DNA of 64,000 nucleotides from an uncultured Desulfovibrio sp. (GCA_964522365.1 CAZFTQ010000002.1:195-64194), one strand, 5' to 3'; counted from the first letter of the stretch, positions 44,803-57,879 are shown. Translations and numbers: made by a program. The notes: generated by a model not told the origin, from the sequence alone.

Positions 44803-45037
44803 GAGGGGCGGACAGCACGCGGAGACTGCGGCGTTCAGGTTCCTGTGTGGACATGCCGGAAAAGGGCAGGCCAGGGATGCCGGGATGAGCAGTTTGCGCT
44901 GACCGGTTTTTCGCGCCCCCTGCGCGGGAGAGGCGGTTTTCTGTCCGGGCGTCCGGCGTTCCCGGACCCGTCCCCCCGGGTCCCCCTGTGCGGAAAATCC
45001 TTCCGCTTTCTGCCCTCAGTCCACTGGAGGTCTGCTG

Positions 45038-46468
45038 ATGAAACGCTTCCCGCTGCTGGCCGGGCTGGCAGCTCTGATCCTTCTTCTTGCTCCGTCCACG
45101 CTCCTGGCGGCTGACGGGCATCTGCCCCACATTCCCGGCGCGGAGCTCTCCATCATCTGGGTCATTCCCTTCGCGTGCATGCTCCTGTCCATCGCTCTCG
45201 GGCCGCTCTTCTTCGCGCATTTCTGGGAAGAGCACTTCGGCAAGATAGCCGTGTTCTGGGGGCTCGCCTTCCTCCTGCCCTGCGCGGCGGTCTACGGCCT
45301 CGGCACGGCCGTCTACGAGGCGCTGCACTCCATCATTCTCGAGTACATTCCCTTCATCATTCTGCTCTTCTCCCTCTTCACGGTGGCCGGCGGCGTCCGT
45401 CTCAAAGGCAGCCTCGTGGGCACCCCCATCGTGAACACGGGTCTTCTGGCTCTGGGCACCATCCTCGCCAGCTGGATGGGCACCACCGGCGCGGCCATGC
45501 TCCTCATCCGGCCGCTGCTCCGGGCCAACTCCCACCGCAGATACCGGGTGCACCAGGTGGTCTTCTTCATCTTCCTGGTGGCCAACATCGGCGGCTCCCT
45601 GACCCCGCTGGGCGACCCGCCGCTTTTCCTGGGCTATCTCAAGGGCGTCGCCTTCTCCTGGACCATGATTCATCTCTTCCTCAAGACCTGTTTCATGACG
45701 TCCATCCTCATCGGCATCTTCTTCATCCTGGACTGCTTCCTCTACAGACGCGAGGGCAGGCCGAAGCCCGCCCGTGATCCTGACGCCGCCGGCGAAAAGA
45801 TCGCCCTGGAAGGCAGCGTCAACATCATCCTGCTCGTCTTCATCGTCCTGGCCGTCCTCATCTCCGGTCTGGTGGATCTGGGCACCCTGTTCACCATCTA
45901 CGGCATCCCGATCCACGGCTCCAACCTGGCCCGCGACATCGTCCTGCTCTGCATCGCCGCCGCCTCCCTGCGGCTCACCTCCGTCCGCAGCCGCGAGCTC
46001 AACGGCTTCACCTGGGCGCCCATCGAGGAAGTGGGCAAGCTCTTCTTCGGCATCTTCCTCTCCATGATCCCGGCCATCGCCATCCTCAAGGCCGGCACCG
46101 AAGGCGCCCTCGCTCCCCTCATCAACCTGGTCTTCCACGACGGCCAGCCCGTCAACGCGGCCTTCTTCTGGCTCACCGGCGCTCTTTCGAGCTTCCTGGA
46201 CAACGCGCCCACCTATGTGGTCTTCTTCAACACCGCCGGCGGCGACGCGGTCCATCTCATGACCGGCATCCCGGACACCCTGGCCGCCATTTCGGCCGGC
46301 GCCGTCTTCATGGGCGCCAACACCTACATCGGCAACGCCCCCAACTTCATGGTGCGCTCCATCGCCATCGACCGCGGCGTCAAGATGCCCAGCTTCTTCG
46401 GCTACATGGTCTGGTCCTGCGGCATCCTCCTGCCGCTCTTCGGCCTCATCACCCTCATCTTCTTCTAA
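45038..46468 (+). CDS. ArsB/NhaD-superfamily permease (annotated-type sodium:proton antiporter)
   Basis: 476 aa with about 12 TM helices. GGAGG RBS. Typical NhaD/citrate-transporter-like hydrophobic pattern. The substrate cannot be inferred. Confidence 0.75.
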   Translation: MKRFPLLAGLAALILLLAPSTLLAADGHLPHIPGAELSIIWVIPFACMLLSIALGPLFFAHFWEEHFGKIAVFWGLAFLLPCAAVYGLGTAVYEALHSIILEYIPFIILLFSLFTVAGGVRLKGSLVGTPIVNTGLLALGTILASWMGTTGAAMLLIRPLLRANSHRRYRVHQVVFFIFLVANIGGSLTPLGDPPLFLGYLKGVAFSWTMIHLFLKTCFMTSILIGIFFILDCFLYRREGRPKPARDPDAAGEKIALEGSVNIILLVFIVLAVLISGLVDLGTLFTIYGIPIHGSNLARDIVLLCIAAASLRLTSVRSRELNGFTWAPIEEVGKLFFGIFLSMIPAIAILKAGTEGALAPLINLVFHDGQPVNAAFFWLTGALSSFLDNAPTYVVFFNTAGGDAVHLMTGIPDTLAAISAGAVFMGANTYIGNAPNFMVRSIAIDRGVKMPSFFGYMVWSCGILLPLFGLITLIFF

Positions 46469-46570
46469 AAACCAAGTCTCCGGGCCGCCCCTTTCCGGGC
46501 GGCTCCGGCGCCTTTTCCCTGGCCGGGGCTCCCGCTCCGGCCTTTTTCAGTCCTCCGGTCCGAAAAAGAG

Positions 46571-49507
46571 ATGGAACAGCCCGGATCCTGCATACACATT
46601 GAAAACGCGCGGCAGCACAATCTCCGCGACGTCTGCCTCGACATCCCCCGGGACAGGCTGGTGGTCGTCTGCGGCCCCTCGGGCTCCGGCAAGTCCACCC
46701 TGGCCTTCGACATCGTCTACGCCGAGGGCCAGCGCCGCTATGTGGAGTCCCTCTCCGCCTACGCCCGGCAGTTTCTCCCCAAAATGGACAAGCCCGCCGT
46801 GGAGAAGATTGAGGGGCTGACCCCGGCCATTTCCCTGGAGCAGAACGCCTCCTCCCACAACCCCCGCTCCACCGTGGGCACCGTGACGGAAATCTACGAC
46901 TTCCTCCGGGTCTTCTTCGCCCGTCTGGGGACCGTCTTCTGCCCCCGCTGCGGCAGGCCCATCACGGCGCGCTCCACGGACGAAATCCTGGAGGACATCC
47001 TCGCTCTGCCCGAGGGCGCGAAAATCGTGATCATCGCTCCCCTGGTGGAGCTCCAGAAGGGGAGCCAGCAGGACCGTCTGCGCAAGCTGAAGGCCCGGGG
47101 CTTCGCCCGGGTGCGGGTGGACGGGACCATGTACACCCTGGACGATGTGCCGGTGCTCGACAAGAAGCGCAAGCACAGCCTGGACCTCGTGGTGGACCGC
47201 CTGGTGGTCCGGCCGGGCGTGCGGCCGAGGCTCGCCGAGTCCGTGGAGCTGGCCCTCCGGGAAGGGGAGGGGAGGCTCGTCCTGCACCGGCCGGATCTGC
47301 CGGAGTCCGGACAGGACGTCATCTATTCCACCACCGCCGCCTGCCCGGTCTGCCGTCTCTCCATGCCCTCGCCCTCGCCGCAGCTCTTTTCCTTCAACAC
47401 CCCCCAGGGCGCCTGCCCGCGCTGCGTGGGGCTGGGCACGGTGGAATACTTCGAGCCCCGGCTCATCGCCCCGGACAGGGGCCTTTCCCTGGCCCGGGGA
47501 GCCCTTCTGCCCTGGGCCGGCAGAAAGGTCTTCGAGCGCCACGCCCCGGCCCTGGAGGCCCTGGGCCGGCGCCGGGGCTTTGATCTGGAAACGCCCCTCT
47601 CGGACTTTTCCCCGGAGGCCTGGGCCGCCCTCTTCTTCGGCGAGGACGAGCAGGGCAGGCCGTCCTCGGACTCTCCGGGCCTGCGCCGCAACTGGATGGG
47701 CGGCAGCGTGGCCCTCTTCGCCAGGGGCGACTACCAGGCCGATCACTTCAGCTTCAGCCGGGAAGTGAACCTCAAGGTGACGGAAGAGCGCTGGCCCGGG
47801 GTCATTCCGCTCCTCGAAAAGGGCATGCAGTACGGCGACTCCTGGCGCGACGAGCTCGCCCGCTTCCGCCAGACCACCGACTGCCCGGACTGCCGGGGCG
47901 ACCGCCTCTCGCCCCAGGCCCTGGCCGTGCGGATCAGGGAGAAAAGCATCGCGGATTTCTGCCGGCTCTCGGTGGAGCGGGCCATGGAATGGCTCGACGG
48001 GCTCTCCTTCAGCGGCCGCTGGTCCCTCATCGCCGACCCCCTCCTCAAGGAACTGCGCCACCGTCTGGGCTTTCTCCGCAATGTGGGCCTGGAATACCTC
48101 TCCCTCTCCCGCACCATGACCACGCTCTCCGGGGGCGAGGCCCAGCGCATCCGCCTGGCCTCCCAGCTCGGGGCGGGGCTCGTGGGCGTCACCTATGTGC
48201 TCGACGAGCCCTCCATCGGTCTGCACCCCAGGGACAACGAGCGCCTTCTGGCCACCCTGCGCTCCCTCCAGAGCCGCGGCAACACGGTGCTCGTGGTGGA
48301 GCACGACGAGGCCACCATCTGCGCGGCGGACAGGGTCATCGAGCTGGGCCCGGGGTCCGGGGTGCAGGGAGGCACCGTCATCTTCGAAGGGACGGTGCCG
48401 GAGCTGCTGGCCAGCTCCACGCTCACGGCGAAGTACCTGCGCGGGGATCTCTCCGTGCCCATGCCGGAAGAACGCCGCGAGGCGAAGGGAGAACTGGTTC
48501 TCCGCGGCATCACCACCAACAATCTCAAGAACATAGACGCCGTCTTCCCTCTGGGCGTCCTGACCTGCGTCACGGGGGTCTCGGGATCGGGCAAGAGTTC
48601 CCTCGTCATCGACACCCTCTACCGCCATCTCTGCCTGCGTCTGGGCCTGCGCGTGGACAATCCCGGAACCATTGAGGGGCTGGAGGGCGCCGAGGCCGTG
48701 CAGCGGGTGGTCGCCATCGACCAGAGCCCCATCGGCCGCACCCCCAGGTCCAATCCGGCCACCTACACCAAGGTCTTCGACGAGATCCGCGAGCTTTTCG
48801 CCGCCACCCCCGACGCCAGGCGCCGGGGCTACGACGCCGGCCGCTTCAGCTTCAATGTGCAGGGCGGGCGCTGCGAGACCTGCAAGGGCGACGGGCGGAT
48901 CCAGGTGGAGATGCACTTTCTGCCGGACGTGTATGTGACCTGCGACGTCTGCCACGGCAGGCGCTACCGGCACGAGACCCTGGAGGTCCGCTACAAGGGC
49001 CTCAACATCTCCGAAGTGCTGGATCTCACCGTGAGCCAGGCGCGGGCCTTCTTTGCCAGCCACCCCCGGCTGAACCGGGTGCTGGGGATCCTGGAGGATG
49101 TGGGCCTGGACTATCTCCAGCTGGGGCAGGCGGCCACGACCCTTTCCGGCGGCGAGGCCCAGCGCATCAAGATTTCCCGGGAACTCGGCAAGCGCAGCCT
49201 TCCCGGAACCCTCTATGTGCTCGACGAGCCCACCACGGGCCTGCACATGCACGAGGTGGGCAAGCTCATCAGCGTGCTCCACGCCCTGGTGGAAAAGGGC
49301 GCCACGGTGGTGGTCATCGAGCACAACACGGACTTCATCCTGGCGGCGGACCATGTCATCGACATGGGGCCCGGCGGCGGCGAGGCCGGCGGCCGCATCA
49401 TCGCGGCCGGCACCCCCGAGGCCATCGCGGCGGACCCGGCCTCGGTGACGGGGCGCTTTCTCCTGGAAGAGCGCAAGGCGAGACTGCGCAGGCGGCAGGG
49501 CCTGTGA
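46571..49507 (+). CDS. uvrA: Excinuclease ABC subunit A
   Basis: 978 aa. [10 protein letters not shown], two ABC modules (GPSGSGKST / GVSGSGKSS; LSGGEAQRI twice), and zinc-finger Cys pairs ([13 protein letters not shown]...CDVCHG). Confidence 0.95.
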   Translation: MEQPGSCIHIENARQHNLRDVCLDIPRDRLVVVCGPSGSGKSTLAFDIVYAEGQRRYVESLSAYARQFLPKMDKPAVEKIEGLTPAISLEQNASSHNPRSTVGTVTEIYDFLRVFFARLGTVFCPRCGRPITARSTDEILEDILALPEGAKIVIIAPLVELQKGSQQDRLRKLKARGFARVRVDGTMYTLDDVPVLDKKRKHSLDLVVDRLVVRPGVRPRLAESVELALREGEGRLVLHRPDLPESGQDVIYSTTAACPVCRLSMPSPSPQLFSFNTPQGACPRCVGLGTVEYFEPRLIAPDRGLSLARGALLPWAGRKVFERHAPALEALGRRRGFDLETPLSDFSPEAWAALFFGEDEQGRPSSDSPGLRRNWMGGSVALFARGDYQADHFSFSREVNLKVTEERWPGVIPLLEKGMQYGDSWRDELARFRQTTDCPDCRGDRLSPQALAVRIREKSIADFCRLSVERAMEWLDGLSFSGRWSLIADPLLKELRHRLGFLRNVGLEYLSLSRTMTTLSGGEAQRIRLASQLGAGLVGVTYVLDEPSIGLHPRDNERLLATLRSLQSRGNTVLVVEHDEATICAADRVIELGPGSGVQGGTVIFEGTVPELLASSTLTAKYLRGDLSVPMPEERREAKGELVLRGITTNNLKNIDAVFPLGVLTCVTGVSGSGKSSLVIDTLYRHLCLRLGLRVDNPGTIEGLEGAEAVQRVVAIDQSPIGRTPRSNPATYTKVFDEIRELFAATPDARRRGYDAGRFSFNVQGGRCETCKGDGRIQVEMHFLPDVYVTCDVCHGRRYRHETLEVRYKGLNISEVLDLTVSQARAFFASHPRLNRVLGILEDVGLDYLQLGQAATTLSGGEAQRIKISRELGKRSLPGTLYVLDEPTTGLHMHEVGKLISVLHALVEKGATVVVIEHNTDFILAADHVIDMGPGGGEAGGRIIAAGTPEAIAADPASVTGRFLLEERKARLRRRQGL

Positions 49508-49698
49508 CGAAGCAGCGGCCGGGGCCTGAAAAAATCCCCCTTATTGGGAAAAACTGGCTGGACCCCCTTGCAATTTTTGATGTTTCCGGGTAATGAACGC
49601 ACTTTCCACTGCCGGTCCAGAGACAGGACGCTCCTGTATCTGTCCCCCTCCCCAGCGGCAGAGAACGGATCTGAGACACTTTTTGGAGGATCGTGACA

Positions 49699-50733
49699 AT
49701 GAACAGGCTGTCCCGGCGTGATTTTCTCAAGGAAAAGGATTTCACTCCCGAAGATCTGGAATATCTGCTCGACCTGGCCGCCAGGCTCAAGGCCGCCAAG
49801 AAGGCGCGCCGGGAGCCGCAGTTCCTCAGGGGCCGCAACATCGTCCTGCTCTTTGCCAAGGATTCCACGAGGACCCGCTGCTCCTTCGAAGTGGGCGCCC
49901 ACGACCAGGGGGCGCATGTGACCTATCTGGGACCCACGGGCTCCCAGATGGGGAAGAAGGAATCCATGGCCGACACGGCCAGGGTGCTCGCGGGCTTCTT
50001 CGACGGCATCGAGTACCGCGGCTTCGAGCAGAGCATCGTGGAAACCCTGGCGGACTACGCCGACGTGCCGGTCTGGAACGGGCTCACCAACGAGTGGCAT
50101 CCCACCCAGTTCCTGGCGGACATGCTCACCATGAAGGAATGCACGGGCCGTCCCCTCAAGGGCCTCACCATGGCCTATCTGGGCGACGCCCGCTACAACA
50201 TGGGCAATTCCCTCATGTACGGCTGCGCCATGCTGGGGGTGAACTTCCGCTCCGTGGCCCCGAAGTCCCTCTGGACGAGCGATGACATCCATGCCGAGGC
50301 CCTGAAGATGGCCGAAAGGTCCGGGGCGGAGATCCTGCGCACGGAAGACGTGGCACAGGGCGTCCGGGGCTGCGATTTCCTCTACTCGGACGTCTGGGTC
50401 TCCATGGGCGAGCCCGACGAGGTCTGGCAGGAGCGCATCTCCCTGCTCACCCCCTACCGGGTCACGGCCGAGGTCATGGACATGACCGGCAATCCCGACT
50501 GCCGCTTCCTCCACTGCCTGCCCTCCTTCCACAACCGCGAGACCGAGATCGGCGAGCGGATTTTCCGGAAGTACGGCATCGACTGCATGGAAGTGAACGA
50601 CGAGGTCTTCGAATCGAAGCGCAACGCCGCCTTCCTGGAGGCGGAGAACCGGATGCACACCATCAAGGCCGTCATGGTGGCCACGCTGGCCGACGAGGAC
50701 ATCGACGCGAAGCTGAAAGAGGCCGGCTTCTAG
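49699..50733 (+). CDS. argF: Ornithine carbamoyltransferase
   Basis: Near-colinear by eye with E. coli ArgI/ArgF: [60 protein letters not shown] is 8 nt before ATG 49699. Confidence 0.9.
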   Translation: MNRLSRRDFLKEKDFTPEDLEYLLDLAARLKAAKKARREPQFLRGRNIVLLFAKDSTRTRCSFEVGAHDQGAHVTYLGPTGSQMGKKESMADTARVLAGFFDGIEYRGFEQSIVETLADYADVPVWNGLTNEWHPTQFLADMLTMKECTGRPLKGLTMAYLGDARYNMGNSLMYGCAMLGVNFRSVAPKSLWTSDDIHAEALKMAERSGAEILRTEDVAQGVRGCDFLYSDVWVSMGEPDEVWQERISLLTPYRVTAEVMDMTGNPDCRFLHCLPSFHNRETEIGERIFRKYGIDCMEVNDEVFESKRNAAFLEAENRMHTIKAVMVATLADEDIDAKLKEAGF

Positions 50734-50773
50734 AGCTCCTTTTCGGCGGCCGTCCTTCGGGGACGGCGACGGC

Positions 50774-50807
50774 ACAAAAACCTTTCTTCCCCCGGCAGGT
50801 TTTTTGT
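50774..50807 (+). terminator. Terminator-like hairpin after argF
   Basis: ACAAAAACC ... GGTTTTT(T)GT with an embedded T-run. A second hairpin GCCGTCC/GGACGGC lies just upstream. Confidence 0.4.
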
Positions 50808-50883
50808 CAGGACGATATTGCCCGTTCAGGCGGGCCATCCCTCCCGAGGGAGGGTCCGCCCGCGATCATGTCCGGAGAAACAG

Positions 50884-52524
<1,641 letters not shown>

Positions 52525-52643
52525 GAAAAGGCTCCGGCCGGGACCGCGCCCCCTTCTCCCTTTCCCGGCCGGGGGAAAACGGAGGAGACGGAAAAAAACG
52601 GCGCAGGAAACGACTCTTCCGGAAGGTGCCCCCGCCGGAAAAA

Positions 52644-52672
52644 CCGGAAAATGACAAAAATGTCATTTCCGG
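52644..52672. promoter_or_regulatory. Palindrome CCGGAAAATGACA-aaaa-TGTCATTTCCGG (core TGACA-N4-TGTCA), candidate activator binding site
   Basis: Read directly from the sequence. About 247 bp upstream of the -24 element. Confidence 0.5.
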
Positions 52673-52764
52673 CGCCCGCGGAAAAAAGAAAGAAGCGTCA
52701 AGGGACTAGGCTCTCCCGGAAAAGTCCGGGAGGGCCTTTCCGCTTTTTTCCGGCTTCTGAAATT

Positions 52765-52778
52765 CGACACTTTTGTCG
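52765..52778. promoter_or_regulatory. Palindrome CGACA-cttt-TGTCG, second copy of the GACA-N4-TGTC architecture
   Basis: Read directly from the sequence. About 133 bp upstream of the -24 element. Confidence 0.5.
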
Positions 52779-52903
52779 GTTTTTTCCCTTGCGGGGTCCC
52801 TGGCGCGACCTTCGGGCCTCTCCAGGGCGTTTCTTTTCAACATCTTGAAATGACGGAAGATAGCGCGTCGCCGGCGGAATCGCTCTGAAGGAGAAAAGGG
52901 CTC

Positions 52904-52919
52904 TGGCACGGAATATGCT
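52904..52919 (+). promoter_or_regulatory. Sigma-54 (-24/-12) promoter of glnN
   Basis: TGGCAC (52904-52909), ggaat, ATGCT (52915-52919). GG-to-GC spacing is correct and there is one mismatch in the -12 box. It lies 108 nt upstream of ATG 53027. Confidence 0.7.
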
Positions 52920-53026
52920 TTTTCTTCCTCAAGGAAGAGGAATTCCCCGCCTCACGGGCGGGGGAAGCACTGCACCCCTGAAGATGAAGGGAGGCGCAAG
53001 AGCGCGACCTCCCCTATGGAGAGACC

Positions 53027-55207
53027 ATGTCACAGGCCAGAACCCAGGCCGTTTTCGCGGCCATGAGCACGCCGCCCCTCAAAGGCAGCATTCCGGACCG
53101 TAAACCGGCCGATGAAATCTTCGGCGAATATGTCTTCACCCTGGACGACATGCGCAAGCGGCTGCCCAAGGACGTCTACAGCAATCTGGAGCGCCTCATC
53201 CACAAGGGCGAGCGTCTGGACCCCGCCATCGCCGACAGCGTGGCCGTGGCCATCAAGGAGTGGGCCATCGAGCGCGGCGCCACCCACTACACGCACTGGT
53301 TCCAGCCCATGACCGGGACCACGGCGGAAAAGCACGACGCCTTCATTTCGCCCGTGGGCGACGGCAAGGCCATCAGCGAGTTCTCGGGCAAGATGCTCAT
53401 CAGCGGCGAGCCCGATGCCTCCTCCTTGCCCTCCGGCGGCATCCGCTCCACCTTCGAAGCCCGCGGCTACACGGCCTGGGATCCCACGGTTCCGGTCTTC
53501 ATCATCCCCGGACCCTACTCCTCCACCCTGCATGTTCCCACCTACTTCTATTCCTATTCAGGGGAGGCCCTGGACCGCAAGATCCCGCTCATGCGCTCCA
53601 TTTCCGCCCTGTCCCGGCAGGCGCTGCGCATCCTGCGCCTCTTCGGCAACACCACGGCCACCGGCGTGCGCGCCCAGGTCGGCCCCGAACAGGAATATTT
53701 CCTGGTCGACACGCGTCTGGCCGCCCTGCGGCCCGACCTCCTGCTCTGCGGCCGCACCCTGCTGGGCGCGCCCTCGCCCAAGGGCCAGGAACTGGAAGAC
53801 CACTACTTCGGCGCCATCCCCGGCCGCGTCCAGAGCTTCATGGAGGATGTGGAAGACGAGCTCATCCGCCTGGGCATCCCGGCCAAGACCCGCCACAACG
53901 AGGTGGCTCCCGGCCAGTTTGAAATCGCCCCGGTCTACGAGGAAGCCAACATCGCCTGCGACCACAACATGCTCACCATGAACATGATGCGGCACCTGGC
54001 GGCCCGCCACGGCTTTGTCTGCCTGCTCCACGAAAAGCCCTTCGACGGCGTCAACGGCTCCGGCAAGCACAACAACTGGTCCATGTCCGACAGCGACGGC
54101 AAGAACCTCCTGAACCCCGGCAAGTCCCCCCAGGACAACGCCCAGTTCCTGGTCTTCCTGGCCGCCGTCCTGCGCGCCGTGCACCTGCACTCCGTGGCCC
54201 TGCGCCTCGGCACCGTCGGCGCCGGCAACGACCACCGTCTGGGCGCCAACGAGGCCCCGCCGGCCATCCTCTCCGTCTACCTGGGCGAGCAGCTCACCGA
54301 AGTCATCGAGAGCATCATCGCCGGCAAGAGCCTGCGCAACCACAAGACGCCCGTCATGGAAATCGGCGTCTCCACCCTGCCGCCCCTCCCCGTGGATCTC
54401 TCCGACCGCAACAGGACGAGCCCCTTCGCCTTCACAGGCAACAAGTTCGAGTTCCGCGCCGTGGGCTCCTCCCAGTCCATCGCGCCCGTGAACATCGCCC
54501 TCAACGCCGCCGTGGCCTGCGCCCTGGACGACATCGCCACCCAGCTGGAAGCCGCCGTCTCCGCCGGCTCCTCCCTGAACCAGGCCCTCCAGGACTTCCT
54601 GCCCCGCGAGTTCAAGGCCCACGCGCCGGTCGTCTTCAACGGCAACGGCTATTCCGCCGAATGGCCCGCCGAAGCGGAAAAGCGCGGCCTGCCCAACCTG
54701 AACAACACCGTCTCGGCCCTGGAGCGCTACTCCGACCCGGACGTGATGAATGTCTTCCTGCGCCACGGGATCCTGAGCGAACGCGAGATGCTCTCCCGCC
54801 AGGAAATCCTCCTGGACGGCTACGCCAAGGCCCTGGTCCTGGAAGGCCATGTCCTTGCCGACCTCGTCCGCTCCCGCGTCATTCCGGTCTGCGCGAAGAC
54901 CCAGAGGAAGGCCTGCGACCTGATCCTGAAGACCAAGGAGGCCGGACTCGACTGCGCGGCCGAAAAGACCTTCGCCGAAACGGTGCAGGGCCACACCCGG
55001 GCGCTGCAGAGCCTCACGGCCGAACTGGAGGCCAGAGTGGAGCAGGTCAAGGCAAAGGAAGATGTGCTCGAAAGCGCCAAGGCCGCCAGAGACCTCATCC
55101 TGCCCGTCATGGCCGAAATCCGTTCCCATGCCGACACCATGGAGCGCCTGGCCGACGACGGCGACTGGGTCCTGCCCAAGTACGCCGAACTTCTCTGGAT
55201 GCACTAG
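53027..55207 (+). CDS. glnN: Glutamine synthetase type III
   Basis: 726 aa, the size and layout of GSIII. THYTHWFQPMTGTTAEKHD N-domain and catalytic region NEVAPGQFEIAP...KPF.GVNGSGKHNNWS. Confidence 0.9.
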   Translation: MSQARTQAVFAAMSTPPLKGSIPDRKPADEIFGEYVFTLDDMRKRLPKDVYSNLERLIHKGERLDPAIADSVAVAIKEWAIERGATHYTHWFQPMTGTTAEKHDAFISPVGDGKAISEFSGKMLISGEPDASSLPSGGIRSTFEARGYTAWDPTVPVFIIPGPYSSTLHVPTYFYSYSGEALDRKIPLMRSISALSRQALRILRLFGNTTATGVRAQVGPEQEYFLVDTRLAALRPDLLLCGRTLLGAPSPKGQELEDHYFGAIPGRVQSFMEDVEDELIRLGIPAKTRHNEVAPGQFEIAPVYEEANIACDHNMLTMNMMRHLAARHGFVCLLHEKPFDGVNGSGKHNNWSMSDSDGKNLLNPGKSPQDNAQFLVFLAAVLRAVHLHSVALRLGTVGAGNDHRLGANEAPPAILSVYLGEQLTEVIESIIAGKSLRNHKTPVMEIGVSTLPPLPVDLSDRNRTSPFAFTGNKFEFRAVGSSQSIAPVNIALNAAVACALDDIATQLEAAVSAGSSLNQALQDFLPREFKAHAPVVFNGNGYSAEWPAEAEKRGLPNLNNTVSALERYSDPDVMNVFLRHGILSEREMLSRQEILLDGYAKALVLEGHVLADLVRSRVIPVCAKTQRKACDLILKTKEAGLDCAAEKTFAETVQGHTRALQSLTAELEARVEQVKAKEDVLESAKAARDLILPVMAEIRSHADTMERLADDGDWVLPKYAELLWMH

Positions 55208-55393
55208 GAAACAGAAGAAGCGGCCCGGGACCGGCTCCGGGCCGCCGTCGAGATTTGCTTTCGTGACGAAGTCTTCCGCCCGCCGGCAAGTCGGGGGAAC
55301 TGCCGGCGGTGCGGAGGCTTTCCGAAAGCAAAATGTCCCGGCCGGCGGCGGGCTCCGCCTCGCGCGAAGTCCCGCCGCTCCGGGCGCCCGGGC

Positions 55394-55483
55394 CCTTCGG
55401 AGGGAATCTTTCGGGGGAAAGGAAACCTTTCGGAGGGCCCTTTTTCCGCATCAGGGGGGAAAGGCCCTTCCGGGCCTTTCCCC
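55394..55483. repeat. Cluster of three C(C)TT(T)CGG(A/G)GG(G) motifs followed by a perfect 12-bp hairpin
   Basis: CCTTCGGAGGG 55394-55404, CTTTCGGGGG 55408-55417, CCTTTCGGAGGG 55426-55437. Hairpin GGGGAAAGGCCC-ttcc-GGGCCTTTCCCC at 55456-55483. Confidence 0.5.
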
Positions 55484-55646
55484 GTCCGGGCGGGCAGGGG
55501 CGCGCGGCGTGGCGTTCCGCGCCGGGAAGTGCTAGTCTGCGCCAGTTTTTTTCGCACTCCTTTCGACATCATGCCGGATGCCCGGATCAGGCGTCCGGCC
55601 TCTTGTCTGCACAAGGACGGCAGACTGCCTTCAGAAGGAAAACCCA

Positions 55647-56519
55647 ATGCCCAGAACTCTTCATTTCACCAAGATGCACGGCTGCGGCAACGACTATGTC
55701 TATGTCAACGGCTTCGCCGAGCATGTGGACGACCCCTCCGCCCTCTCGGGCTTCGTCTCCGACCGCCACTTCGGCATCGGCTCCGACGGCCTGGTCCTCA
55801 TCGTCCCCTCCTCCGTGGCGGACGTGCGCATGCGCATGTTCAATCCGGACGGCTCCGAAGCCCAGATGTGCGGCAACGCCTCCCGCTGCGTGGCCCGCTA
55901 CGCCTTCGAGCACGGCCTCGTCAGCGACCCCGTCGTCCGCATCGAGACCGGCGCGGGCATCCGCACGGCCCGTCTCGTCTTCGACGGCGGCCAGGTGACG
56001 GGAGCCACCGTGGACATGGGAGAGCCCGTTCTCCCCGCGGCCAGGGTGCCCCTGGCGGTGCCCGAAGGCCATGACCCGGACGCCGTCTACATGGGCGGCC
56101 CCCTGGAAGTCCTGGGACGCCGCTACGCCGTGACCTGCGTCTCCATGGGCAATCCCCACTGCGTCGTCTACCTGGGCGAAGGCGATCCCGCCCTGGACGA
56201 CCTGGATCTGCCCGCCATCGGCCCCCGTTTCGAGCACGCGCCCCTCTTCCCCGAACGCGTCAACACGGAATTCGTCCGCGTGGACTCCCGCGGCGATGTG
56301 GCCATGCGCGTCTGGGAACGCGGCACCGGCGAAACCATGGCCTGCGGCACCGGCGCCTGCGCCGTGGCCGTGGCCTCCATTCTCAACGGCCTGACGGAAC
56401 GCAGCCTGAATGTGCACCTGCGCGGCGGCGTGCTGAACATCAGCTGGAACGGCGAGGACAACCATGTCTACATGACCGGGCCCGCCGTGACCGTCTTCGA
56501 AGGCGAACTCTTCCTCTAG
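55647..56519 (+). CDS. dapF: Diaminopimelate epimerase
   Basis: C-terminal part of ORF 55578..56519 from [20 protein letters not shown]. Catalytic Cys contexts [16 protein letters not shown] and [10 protein letters not shown]. Confidence 0.9.
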   Translation: MPRTLHFTKMHGCGNDYVYVNGFAEHVDDPSALSGFVSDRHFGIGSDGLVLIVPSSVADVRMRMFNPDGSEAQMCGNASRCVARYAFEHGLVSDPVVRIETGAGIRTARLVFDGGQVTGATVDMGEPVLPAARVPLAVPEGHDPDAVYMGGPLEVLGRRYAVTCVSMGNPHCVVYLGEGDPALDDLDLPAIGPRFEHAPLFPERVNTEFVRVDSRGDVAMRVWERGTGETMACGTGACAVAVASILNGLTERSLNVHLRGGVLNISWNGEDNHVYMTGPAVTVFEGELFL

Positions 56520-56557
56520 CCCCCATCCCCCTCTTTCCTCTGCAAAGGACATCCCCC

Positions 56558-57781
56558 ATGGTACAGGTCAATCAGAACTTTCTGCGCGTGCAGCGCAACT
56601 ATCTCTTTACGGACATCGCCCAGCGCGTGGCGGCCTTCAAGGCGGCCCATCCCGACAAAAGAGTCATCAGCCTGGGCATCGGCGACGTGACGAAACCCCT
56701 CTGCCCGGCGGTCATCTCCGCCCTGCACGACGCCGTGAACGACATGTCCACCCCCCAGGGCTTTCACGGCTACGGCCCCGAACAGGGCTATCCCTTCCTC
56801 CGCGAGGCCGTGGTGGGCGAATACGCCCGCATGGGCATCACCATCGACGCCGACGACGTCTTCATCGGCGACGGCGCCAAGAGCGACCTGGGCAACTTCC
56901 AGGAAATGTTCGCGGCGGACGCCGTGGTGGCCGTGACCGACCCGGTCTACCCCGTCTATGTGGACTCCAACGCCATGGCGGGCCGCGCGGGCGTGCCCCT
57001 GGGCACCGGCCGCTTCGAGCGCCTGGTCTACCTCCCCTGCACCCGGGAAAACGGCTTCGTGCCTCCCTTCCCGGAAAAGGCCCCCGACATCCTGTACCTC
57101 TGCTCGCCCAACAACCCCACGGGCACGGTGCTGCGCCGCGACGCCCTGACGGCCTGGGTGGCCTACGCCCGCGAGCACGGCACGGTCATCCTCTTCGACT
57201 CGGCCTACGAGGCCTTCATCACGGAAGAGGACGTGCCCCATTCCATCTACGAAATCGAAGGCGCCCAGGAAGTGGCCGTGGAATTCCGCAGCTATTCCAA
57301 GCTGGCCGGCTTCACGGGCCTGCGCTGCTCCGCCGTCGTGGTCCCGAGAGGCCTGCAGATTTCCGACGGTCAGGGCGGCCGGACCGACATCAACAGCCTC
57401 TGGCGCCGCCGCCAGTGCACCAAGTACAACGGCTGCCCCTACATCGTGCAGAAGGCGGCCCTGGCCGTCCACAGCGAGGAAGGCCGGCGCCAGGTCCTGG
57501 AACAGGTGCGCGGCTATCTGGCCAACGCCGCGGCCCTGCGCGGGGCCCTGAGCTCCCTGGGCTACGGCGTCTACGGCGGCGTCAACGCCCCCTACATCTG
57601 GCTGCGGGTGCCCGAAACCTCGGATTCCTGGAGCTTTTTCACCACGCTCCTCAACGAGTGCCAGCTCATCACCACGCCCGGCGTGGGCTTCGGGCAAAGC
57701 GGCGAAGGCTATGTGCGGCTCACGGCCTTCAGCACGCCGGAGGACACCGCCGAGGCCATTGAGCGCCTGAAGAAACTCTGA
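56558..57781 (+). CDS. dapL: LL-diaminopimelate aminotransferase
   Basis: 407 aa. [18 protein letters not shown]-terminus typical of DapL, and PLP-lysine context [14 protein letters not shown]. Confidence 0.85.
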   Translation: MVQVNQNFLRVQRNYLFTDIAQRVAAFKAAHPDKRVISLGIGDVTKPLCPAVISALHDAVNDMSTPQGFHGYGPEQGYPFLREAVVGEYARMGITIDADDVFIGDGAKSDLGNFQEMFAADAVVAVTDPVYPVYVDSNAMAGRAGVPLGTGRFERLVYLPCTRENGFVPPFPEKAPDILYLCSPNNPTGTVLRRDALTAWVAYAREHGTVILFDSAYEAFITEEDVPHSIYEIEGAQEVAVEFRSYSKLAGFTGLRCSAVVVPRGLQISDGQGGRTDINSLWRRRQCTKYNGCPYIVQKAALAVHSEEGRRQVLEQVRGYLANAAALRGALSSLGYGVYGGVNAPYIWLRVPETSDSWSFFTTLLNECQLITTPGVGFGQSGEGYVRLTAFSTPEDTAEAIERLKKL

Positions 57782-57803
57782 TTTTCCCTTCCCCCCGGGA
57801 AAA

Positions 57804-57829
57804 GGGGGCCCCCGGGCCCCCTTTTCTTT
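57804..57829 (+). terminator. Rho-independent terminator after dapL
   Basis: GGGGGCC-cccg-GGCCCCC followed by TTTTCTTTC. Confidence 0.6.
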
Positions 57830-57879
57830 CCCCCTTCAACGCTGCCCCCGGCCGGGCAGCCTGCCCAAGGTGTCTGCCT

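Noticed and set aside
49555-49572. TGGCTGgacccccTTGCA upstream of argF as a sigma-54 promoter.
   Set aside because: GG-to-GC spacing is 14 rather than 12 nt, and the -24 box is imperfect. This is not compatible with sigma-54 geometry.
49623-49637. Palindrome ACAGGA-cgc-TCCTGT about 60 nt upstream of argF, considered as an ArgR or activator site.
   Set aside because: It does not resemble an ARG box and does not match the GACA-N4-TGTC architecture seen upstream of glnN. A single 6-bp-arm palindrome is weak evidence in GC-rich DNA.
55390-55490. Short repeated motifs considered as a miniature CRISPR-like array.
   Set aside because: The repeats are about 10-12 nt, imperfect and nearly contiguous, with no spacers of regular length. 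No cas genes are present in the window.
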